This document shows, in pieces, positions 1-6,373 of a DNA stretch of 15,136 nt. Position numbers and translations under genes: made by a program. The stretch spans positions 1 to 15,136 of IMG/VR virus record IMGVR_UViG_3300045988_168123; one strand, written 5' to 3'. Under the pieces are notes generated by a model. That model searched no databases, had not been told where the DNA came from, and saw only the letters and a program-made list of their open reading frames with translations. The stretch comes from a virus. Every line of letters starts with the position of its first letter. Position 1 is the first letter of the stretch.

Positions 1-36
1 TATAATATAGTGCCCACCATACACAAAAAACCCCCA

Positions 37-59
37 AGTGTCCGTGTGGGACGGACACT
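37..59. repeat. Terminal perfect hairpin / palindrome inside the ITR (mirror copy 15078-15100)
   Basis: AGTGTCCGT (37-45), 5-nt loop GTGGG, ACGGACACT (51-59): a 9-bp perfect stem. It is flanked by A6C5 (25-35) toward the genome end. Confidence 0.85.
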
Positions 60-71
60 ACTATGTGTATC

Positions 72-123
72 TGTCCGTCGGGAGAACACACAAAGCGAGT
101 CAAGTGTTCGCAGACGACGGACA
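72..123. repeat. Compound imperfect hairpin inside the ITR (mirror copy 15014-15065)
   Basis: TGTCCGTCG (72-80) pairs with CGACGGACA (115-123), 9 bp. The inner stem is GAACAC (84-89) with GTGTTC (104-109), 6 bp, around a 14-nt loop. It shares the TGTCCGT/ACGGACA core with the 37-59 hairpin. Confidence 0.8.
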
Positions 124-220
124 AAACCGGCAAAATGTGCGTGCAAAAGAGACAGCACTTTGTACAAAATGCGTGTTATAGAGAATTAATATTTTGTGTA
201 ATATTTTATATAGAAAACAC

Positions 221-249
221 TTGCAAAATATATAGAGTCGTGGTATTAT
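221..249 (+). promoter_or_regulatory. Sigma-A-type promoter in ITR-L driving the left-arm genes
   Basis: -35 TTGCAA (221-226), 17-bp spacer, extended -10 TGgTATTAT (241-249). SD GAGGT lies at 288-292 and the ATG at 301. Confidence 0.6.
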
Positions 250-300
250 ATACTTGTAGGGAACAAAGAGATACAGTACAGAAAGTTGAGGTAAGAAAAT

Positions 301-480
301 ATGTTTCATAGTAAAGAATTGAAAAGCTATAAAGGTTATAAAATATTTAAGTCATGGGAAAATGAATTGACATGGGATTATCGAACAGTGCAAGGCGATA
401 TTGAATATCTTGCTTTTGATAACGAATGGAATAAAATAGCAACAGCAAAAACATTACTAGAGTTAAAGAAATTATTATAA
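301..480 (+). CDS. Hypothetical small early protein, 59 aa (below the ORF-track size cut-off)
   Basis: ATG 301 lies 8 nt after the ITR-encoded SD GAGGT, with TAA at 478-480. Translation: MFHSKELKSYKGYKIFKSWENELTWDYRTVQGDIEYLAFDNEWNKIATAKTLLELKKLL. No family recognised. Confidence 0.6.
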   Translation: MFHSKELKSYKGYKIFKSWENELTWDYRTVQGDIEYLAFDNEWNKIATAKTLLELKKLL

Positions 481-499
481 TAAGAAAGATGAGGTAAAA

Positions 500-655
500 A
501 TGAAAACAATAACAGAATTAAGAAAAATGACAGTAGAGCAATTAAAACAATATTTAATGCAGATCGACAAAAGAAAGTATAACATGTTTGGTAGAACTAT
601 CAGTAAAAAAGGCATGCTTATACAAATAATAACTGGTTGCAAATATACAAGATAG
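500..655 (+). CDS. Hypothetical small early protein, 51 aa, with a possible SAP/HeH-like helix-extended-helix motif
   Basis: SD GAGGT lies 5 nt before ATG 500, with TAG at 653-655. Translation: MKTITELRKMTVEQLKQYLMQIDKRKYNMFGRTISKKGMLIQIITGCKYTR. The pattern ELRKMTVEQLKQYL...SKKGMLIQII resembles SAP/Rho-N type DNA-binding motifs. Confidence 0.55.
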   Translation: MKTITELRKMTVEQLKQYLMQIDKRKYNMFGRTISKKGMLIQIITGCKYTR

Positions 656-667
656 GGTGGTAATGTA

Positions 668-895
668 ATGCTTAGTTTAAAAGATCTGTTTTATTATAAC
701 ATTGATTACATGTACAGCGATACATTAACAATTCAATTTGAGGGGAGTAATACTAAATATGAACTCAAATGTGACGATTTAAATAGAATAAGTAATTATC
801 CAGTTCAACGTTTCCACGGTTATGAAGTATGTCTTTTATTTAGCATGCGTGATAGGGATAAACAGTATTTTAAGAAAGTTGGTGTGGAAGAATGA
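668..895 (+). CDS. Hypothetical small early protein, 75 aa
   Basis: ORF-track ORF, with SD-like GGGTGG upstream of ATG 668. No family recognised. Confidence 0.65.
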   Translation: MLSLKDLFYYNIDYMYSDTLTIQFEGSNTKYELKCDDLNRISNYPVQRFHGYEVCLLFSMRDRDKQYFKKVGVEE

Positions 896-1056
896 AACAT
901 GAAAATGATAAAAAATTTTTACTTTTTGCTATTTCAGAAATGCAACTTGCAATTCAAAGCGATCTTTTGAATGGTAATTATTTTTATCTTAAACAAGACA
1001 GGAAATTACTTGACAAATATTACAGAATATTACATGGCAAGAATACTATAAAATAG
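892..1056 (+). CDS. Hypothetical small early protein, 54 aa (below the ORF-track cut-off)
   Basis: ATG 892 overlaps the TGA of the previous gene (ATGA coupling). Translation: MKHENDKKFLLFAISEMQLAIQSDLLNGNYFYLKQDRKLLDKYYRILHGKNTIK. The stop TAG 1054-1056 lies inside the terminator stem. Confidence 0.55.
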   Translation: MKHENDKKFLLFAISEMQLAIQSDLLNGNYFYLKQDRKLLDKYYRILHGKNTIK

Positions 1057-1073
1057 GGTGCTAAGCACCCTAT
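1053..1073. terminator. Hairpin terminator at the convergence point of the two transcription directions
   Basis: ATAGGGTGC-TAA-GCACCCTAT is a perfect 9-bp stem. On the minus strand it is followed by TTTTATAG, a short U-tract. On the + strand the trailing T-run is poor. It overlaps the stop codons of both convergent genes. Confidence 0.6.
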
Positions 1074-1867
1074 TCACGCAAACGGTATAACGACATAGTA
1101 CCAATCACATTAATAGTAGTATTAGATGTTTGCATAGCATATAGAGAAAAAACATCATTTAATTTTGCATCAAAAGGTACTGTCGCAATATTCAAATTCG
1201 TTTTAACAGTTGGAACTGCACGATTGTTAGCAATACCAATGTCAATCGTTTCACCATTTCTTGTTCTTTTAAAAACAATTTGCCTAATACCGTTTTCGTT
1301 TTCTTCGAAGTATCCATTAACGTGAGCAAAATAATGCCCCTCTTTATTTTTATTGTCTATTGTAATAGTTACTATCAAGTTTTCCGATACTGTATTAGGT
1401 ATATTTACACCCTTATAGTCAGCTAAATTTGTACCGATCTTTTTTACACTATCTTCCAACGTTTCTACACGACCGTTTAATGCACTGATCTCCGCTTTAT
1501 CCGTGTTCAGATCGGTCTCAAGTTCTGCTATTGTTCTATCACTGCCACCCTTTAAAGTAGTTAAAGACTGCGAAACCAGTGCCACTTCTGTTTGCAAACC
1601 GGCGATTGATGTAGTACTACCACCCTTGATATTTTTAATATCATCTTTAACATTTGCAATATCTTGCGTGTTTTCGTTGATTTGCGTCCTGTTGTTGTTA
1701 ATCAGTTCCTCATCTGCCGTAAACCGCAATTCATATTTTGAATTTTCTGTTTTCTGCTCACCAACGGCGGTATCTACTTTAAGCATGTCGCTGTTATACT
1801 GATCTAACCAGTTTGGTACATCATTTGGTTCGAATTGCGTTAATTTGATATTTGGCGTTTCTCTCAT
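1070..1867 (-). CDS. Tail fibre / receptor-binding appendage protein, 265 aa
   Basis: It is the last gene of the structural string, with SD AGAGAGGA upstream. It has a conserved-looking fibre N-terminus (IKLTQFEPNDVPNWLDQYNSDMLKVD). A coiled-coil shaft carries a 25-aa internal duplication (KGGSTTSIAGLQTEV / KGGSDRTIAELETDL). The C-terminal ~120 aa are beta-rich. Confidence 0.6.
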   Translation of the reverse strand: MRETPNIKLTQFEPNDVPNWLDQYNSDMLKVDTAVGEQKTENSKYELRFTADEELINNNRTQINENTQDIANVKDDIKNIKGGSTTSIAGLQTEVALVSQSLTTLKGGSDRTIAELETDLNTDKAEISALNGRVETLEDSVKKIGTNLADYKGVNIPNTVSENLIVTITIDNKNKEGHYFAHVNGYFEENENGIRQIVFKRTRNGETIDIGIANNRAVPTVKTNLNIATVPFDAKLNDVFSLYAMQTSNTTINVIGTMSLYRLRE

Positions 1868-1883
1868 TTAATATCCTCTCTTT

Positions 1884-2861
1884 CTACTGGAAAATTTGTT
1901 TTCCAAGTACATAATAATTGTAAGCGGTTGCACCTTTATCAAAATATCCGGTTGCTGTTAATTGCAGAGCGGCATATTCAGCCGCAGTTAATGAATTAAC
2001 TTCCTCATGGAATTTGATAAGCTGTCTGATAACAGGCATAATTGTTTCAAATTTACCACTGTATGGATTTTGCATTGAAAAATCAAACTGAAATAATTTT
2101 CTGTCGTAGCGGCGTCTTAAATTTCTTAAGTACTCAATGCATGTCAATTTAAGATCGGCGTATTCCTGTGCCGTTAGTCCTAAAAATTCATACTCCCTAG
2201 CCGTTAATGCATTACTGCAAATATAATACATCATTTCAAGTGTACTGTTAATATCCATTACTGTTTTTGTAATTGGATTTTTCACATAATACATTTTACG
2301 GCTTTTGTAGAGTTCGTCGCAATATTTTTTCAATTCATTCCAGTAAAAAACATCCTGTTTGTCAATATAAGTATATATCGCATTGATACTTTTTGTCAAG
2401 TCATAAAATTCATTTCTAAGTGCTGTTAGTCTGCCGCTTAATTTTAAATCAAGTTCTGATAACGCATTAAAGAATTTTGTTTCAACATCACTGATTTTGT
2501 TATCCTGTTCGTTCATTCTAGCACGAATTTCATTTTCAAATTTAAGAAGTTTATCAGTAAATTTTTTATCCTGTAAAATCAGTGCTTTTTCTGTATCATC
2601 TTTAAGTTTTGTAATTTCCTTATTTACTTTTGTATTTAGTTCGTCAATTTCTCTGTCGATTTTAGTTTTAAATTCCAAAAGTTCTTTTTTGACATCCTGT
2701 AAAATCGAATCATGAATATTGTTTATAGTTTCTTCAATTTTTGTAATTTCCTCTCCCATTTCATTTAAAATTTTCGATATTGCAAGAAGTTGTTCATAAT
2801 AACTCATGCTATCATCATAACCGATTGGAATTGTACGATAAACGTATGGAAAATATATCAT
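1884..2861 (-). CDS. Structural protein of unknown role, 325 aa (coiled coil plus LTAxEY decapeptide repeats); candidate appendage or fibre-assembly protein
   Basis: SD AGAGGTG lies upstream. Residues ~20-160 are heptad-rich and charged. The C-terminal half has two clusters of exact 10-aa-period repeats (LTAREYEFLG LTAQEYADLK LTCIEYLRNL; LTAAEYAALQ LTATGYFDKG ATAYNYYVLG). It sits between the lower collar and fibre genes. Confidence 0.55.
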   Translation of the reverse strand: MIYFPYVYRTIPIGYDDSMSYYEQLLAISKILNEMGEEITKIEETINNIHDSILQDVKKELLEFKTKIDREIDELNTKVNKEITKLKDDTEKALILQDKKFTDKLLKFENEIRARMNEQDNKISDVETKFFNALSELDLKLSGRLTALRNEFYDLTKSINAIYTYIDKQDVFYWNELKKYCDELYKSRKMYYVKNPITKTVMDINSTLEMMYYICSNALTAREYEFLGLTAQEYADLKLTCIEYLRNLRRRYDRKLFQFDFSMQNPYSGKFETIMPVIRQLIKFHEEVNSLTAAEYAALQLTATGYFDKGATAYNYYVLGKQIFQ

Positions 2862-2873
2862 TTTATCACCTCT

Positions 2874-3824
2874 TTAATATCCGCGTAACGGGCTATACCA
2901 TGCGTTATTTTCTAAAGGTTCATAAAGCCCCAGGAACAAATCATCAAATTCATGTAATAACATTTCATTTATATTTCGGATAGCGGCTCTGTATTTTTCC
3001 AGTTCATCTGTCTTACTGCCGCCGCCCCATCCGCTATCAGAGTAAATGTCTGTATATTCATGTTCATGCTTCATCTGATTTTCACTGTCGATAACATGAC
3101 CATGGGTGAAAGTATTTTGTGACTTGTTGCCTAAAGTTGTAGTGGAAATTGTAGAATCCGCTGATTTCACACTTCCAGTTCCGTCACTTTTCACTGTATC
3201 ATTAACAGTATTTGTACTTTCATCATTCGACTGCCCACGATTTACCTCGCTTGCATAATCTTTTGTTTTCGTAAAACTTGCTTGCGGATAATCGCTTCGT
3301 AATGTCTGATTATTATTCGAACTATTAACAGTCGTTGTGCTTTTGTCTGTTGTAGTGTTTGAATTTTCACTATCGCTTTGCTTTTTTGACTCCGTAATTA
3401 TTTTATCACTGCCACTGTTTTCTGTCAATGACAAATCTTTTCCACTGTTTGTATTTTTTCCAGTTGCATTTTCATTATCTTTCTTTTCACCGTTTCTTTT
3501 TCCACTGATTTCATGATTGATAAGAGGATTATAAGTAATGTTCAGTGCTTTATAAAGATCAGTATAGTATGGAATTTTTTGATAAAATACTCTCTGCATC
3601 TGCATTTTAAATAATGCCATTGTTTCGAACCCGATTTCATCAGTAAAATGGCTTTCTACAAAAATTCGCTTAAAGTTCTCCAAACTACCATCAGAATTAT
3701 CGTTATACCATGGAAAAGGAAAAGAAAAAATATTTTCCGCTGTTTTCATAACACGTTCTTGCCATTTATCACCGGTCGTAAAACTGTCGTAAATGTCTTT
3801 GAAACAAAGTGTATAGTAAGCCAT
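2874..3824 (-). CDS. Lower collar (gp11-like) protein, 316 aa
   Basis: It lies immediately downstream of the portal gene, as in phi29 (gene 10 then 11). Its start overlaps the portal stop (TAATG) after SD GAGGTGG. The motif DEIGFETMALFKMQMQRVFYQKIPYYTDLY resembles lower-collar proteins. It has a long Ser/Thr/Asn-rich central insertion. Confidence 0.6.
   Translation of the reverse strand: MAYYTLCFKDIYDSFTTGDKWQERVMKTAENIFSFPFPWYNDNSDGSLENFKRIFVESHFTDEIGFETMALFKMQMQRVFYQKIPYYTDLYKALNITYNPLINHEISGKRNGEKKDNENATGKNTNSGKDLSLTENSGSDKIITESKKQSDSENSNTTTDKSTTTVNSSNNNQTLRSDYPQASFTKTKDYASEVNRGQSNDESTNTVNDTVKSDGTGSVKSADSTISTTTLGNKSQNTFTHGHVIDSENQMKHEHEYTDIYSDSGWGGGSKTDELEKYRAAIRNINEMLLHEFDDLFLGLYEPLENNAWYSPLRGY
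3400..3428 (-). promoter_or_regulatory. Candidate internal promoter inside the lower-collar gene
   Basis: Minus strand reads TTGACA (3428-3423), 17-bp spacer, extended -10 TGaTAAAAT (3408-3400). The 10-mer ATTGACAGAA is identical to the -35 context of the 11610-11638 promoter. Confidence 0.35.
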
Positions 3825-4720
3825 TATTCCACCTCGCTATCTCTTTCAGCCGAAACATTATTCAATAATGGAATATCAGAATTAAATTCCACGGTGATAT
3901 TTAAGCCGAAAAGTTTATTAATCTGCTCTGCACTCCGCTGTCTAACTCCCAGTGCATTTTTTCGGTTCATTTCTAATTCTCCCGTATTTCCATCAACTTC
4001 TCCACTAACAGATCGTTCCTTTTTATCGGAATAAAAGCTGTTAATACCTAAAAATGTACAGGCGTCCGACATTTCCCAACGCATTGCGGCGTCTAACTCT
4101 GGAAATAATACCGGTGCTTCAGTTCTTACTGATTTTAAATCACCATTGTCACGAACACCTTTTTTCAAATGAATAAACGGAATACCGTCGATAATTTGTT
4201 TCATGATATTCATGGCAGATAATTTTTGTTCACATGTGCTAGTTACCAAAACAGGTGTGCGGTTTGCAATCAAGTTTACATCACGGGAAATTCTCATGTT
4301 TGCCAATGCGTCTGCATGCATGGCAATAATATCGGCGCTAGGGTAATCGGTCATGTTGTCATGTAGTAAAACACTATTTTCTTTTGTTAATTCAGCGTTA
4401 TAATTAATGGAATACGCAAACCGCATATCACCATAACCATAAATATCCAAGTTACCGGCTGTTGTAACGTTCATCACTGCAAACATGTTTGCAATATCAT
4501 CTTTAAAGAAAATACCATTCCCACGAAAAAATAACATTTCTTCCAAGAATCGTGGGTCAATTTCCGGCGGCAGATTTTTCCATTTGAATCGAGTTACTGC
4601 CAGTCCTAATAGATAATAAAAATATCTATTAAAATATAGATTGTATTTTGTATTTTTTCCACAAAATTTTCCTCTTAAGACATCAATATTTGAACTGTTT
4701 CTTCCCATCATTAACCTCAT
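3824..4720 (-). CDS. Portal / connector (upper collar, phi29 gp10-like), 298 aa
   Basis: It matches remembered phi29 gp10 blocks. [19 protein letters not shown] matches [27 protein letters not shown] matches [28 protein letters not shown] matches [33 protein letters not shown] matches INELYGLNVKVKF. The start could instead be Met4/Met5, just after GAGGT. Confidence 0.9.
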   Translation of the reverse strand: [298 protein letters not shown]

Positions 4721-6363
4721 TCATTACTTAATGCATAATTTCCTATATCGTTAGTATGCCATACTGTTACACCATTGTCAAATATTTTTCGCATTTTTTC
4801 CAACATGTCAATAGGGAATTTTCCATCAATACTGCAATTTTGTGTTTTCACATAATTCCATGATGAGCGACCTGTGATATCCGGCTTCTTTACTCTGCAA
4901 ATTTTATAACCAAACATGGAAAAATAATCGTCAATTACCTTTGCAAATTCTGCCGTGATTGATACGGGATAAACAGAAATACAGTCAAAGTTAGCCGCTT
5001 TTGGTAAAGTGTTACTGATTGAACCTTTTATACCATCTGCCTGTAATTGTGCCTGGTAATTCCCGCTTAATAAACTATAAACGGAATTACCAAAATTTGA
5101 CGCAACTTGATTTCCAGTAACTTTCTGTTCTCCCCCGATCGCTCCGATAATATCACCGATTCCGGCGATTGATTGCCCGACCGTCATGATACTTCTTCCA
5201 ATCCAATCTCCTGTATTGGTTGGTACATTATCTCCCGTTGCTAAAGACATGATTAAATTGTTACTGTTTTGAGCCAGCCAAGCTTTGTATGCGTCAACAG
5301 GAAATGCAATTTTTGGATAACCGTTAAACGTAATTGAATCTCCAAAATTTTCCTGTACACCTTTATAATATTGTGGATAACAATAAAGTGTAGGGTTCGG
5401 TGAAACATTTACAGTATAATAAAAATTGCAAAGATCATCAGCACCCGGCGTGTGGAATCGTTCAAATTCAAACTGTTTAATTTGACCGCTGTTGTTTGTC
5501 ATTTGTAAAAATGAATATGGGTAAGCAAATAATTTATTATTTTTCGGCGTGTACCCGTTAATATCTTTTATACTTTTCTTTGAAAAGGAAAAAGTCTTTT
5601 TTACAATGTTATTCACATCGGCAAATGTCGCCGGCATTTCCCAAGCGTCGACAATATCATCTGCACTTCCTTTAGCGGTTATAACATTTTCAATATAAGT
5701 CTGCAAATCTGCCAAACTGGTATACACTCCAATGTATAAGCCACATGGCACGTTTTGATATAAAGACATTTCTGCTGTTTCAGCATTATTATCAACTGCG
5801 CTTGCCACGCAATATACAACCTCTCTCCGTTCATCCCCCTCAGCCGGTATCGTCGATAAAGAGTTGTTGCCGTTTACAACATAATCTCCTAACTGTAATC
5901 CCTCTGGATAAGTGTAACGACCACGGATATCGGAACTTTTCTTTACGATTTCACGTTCAACGAAGCATTCTTTTAACTCAATATCGAACTGACATTCATT
6001 CCAAACATCCAGTTCAAATTTTACATGTGTTACTGTTGCGCTTACAGGCGTAACTGATCTGATAAATGCATAATGCGGCGTGTTATCCCATGGTGTATTT
6101 ACAAAACGCATATAATTACACTTATAAGCAAGTGCTTGATTGTAATCTATCGCAATATCAATTTCTCCCATGCTAATAAATGACACTTCTGTTGTAGTAA
6201 ACTTTACAAGAGTTTCAAGAAAAGTGTCTAATTGCGTTCTGTTTGAATATTTCCTTACATGCGTGTAATTATAATCCCACGGAACTCCGCTATACAATTT
6301 TAATTCAGCTTGAGGGGTGGAACTCTCCACCCCTACTGAATCTGGAAAAGGTATATACTCCAT
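4717..6363 (-). CDS. Tail knob / tail tube protein (phi29 gp9-like), 548 aa
   Basis: The N-terminal region aligns with remembered phi29 gp9: YAFIRSVTPVSATVTHVKFELDVWNECQFDIELKECFVEREI versus [42 protein letters not shown]. It lies between the capsid and portal genes, as in phi29. Confidence 0.85.
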   Translation of the reverse strand: MEYIPFPDSVGVESSTPQAELKLYSGVPWDYNYTHVRKYSNRTQLDTFLETLVKFTTTEVSFISMGEIDIAIDYNQALAYKCNYMRFVNTPWDNTPHYAFIRSVTPVSATVTHVKFELDVWNECQFDIELKECFVEREIVKKSSDIRGRYTYPEGLQLGDYVVNGNNSLSTIPAEGDERREVVYCVASAVDNNAETAEMSLYQNVPCGLYIGVYTSLADLQTYIENVITAKGSADDIVDAWEMPATFADVNNIVKKTFSFSKKSIKDINGYTPKNNKLFAYPYSFLQMTNNSGQIKQFEFERFHTPGADDLCNFYYTVNVSPNPTLYCYPQYYKGVQENFGDSITFNGYPKIAFPVDAYKAWLAQNSNNLIMSLATGDNVPTNTGDWIGRSIMTVGQSIAGIGDIIGAIGGEQKVTGNQVASNFGNSVYSLLSGNYQAQLQADGIKGSISNTLPKAANFDCISVYPVSITAEFAKVIDDYFSMFGYKICRVKKPDITGRSSWNYVKTQNCSIDGKFPIDMLEKMRKIFDNGVTVWHTNDIGNYALSNE

Positions 6364-6373
6364 TTCATTCTCC

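Larger units (their letters stand above)
1..299. repeat. Left inverted terminal repeat (ITR-L)
   Basis: Bases 1-228 are the exact reverse complement of 14909-15136. Bases 229-299 pair with 14838-14908 with 7 mismatches (229, 233-236, 259, 293). Homology ends 1-2 nt before the first ATG of each arm. Confidence 0.97.

Noticed and set aside
1-6. TATAAT at the extreme terminus as a -10 box
   Set aside because: There is no room for a -35 or upstream DNA. It is more sensibly part of the replication origin or terminal reiteration.
63-311. 82-aa + strand ORF (MCICPSGEHTKRVKC...) and the antisense 69-aa ORF at 100-309, both inside ITR-L
   Set aside because: They lie in the ITR and run through the hairpins, promoter hexamers and SD. 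The apparent conservation with the right-end ORF is only the DNA repeat. There is no SD, and the composition is Cys-rich and odd.
2360-2399. Two further TTGACA hexamers on the minus strand inside the 325-aa gene, and others at 1240, 2142, 4776, 4806, 7134, 8718 and 9449
   Set aside because: None has an acceptable -10 hexamer at a 16-18-bp spacing. The best is TTGACA-16-TATATA at 2399, and there is no gene start nearby. These are treated as chance matches.
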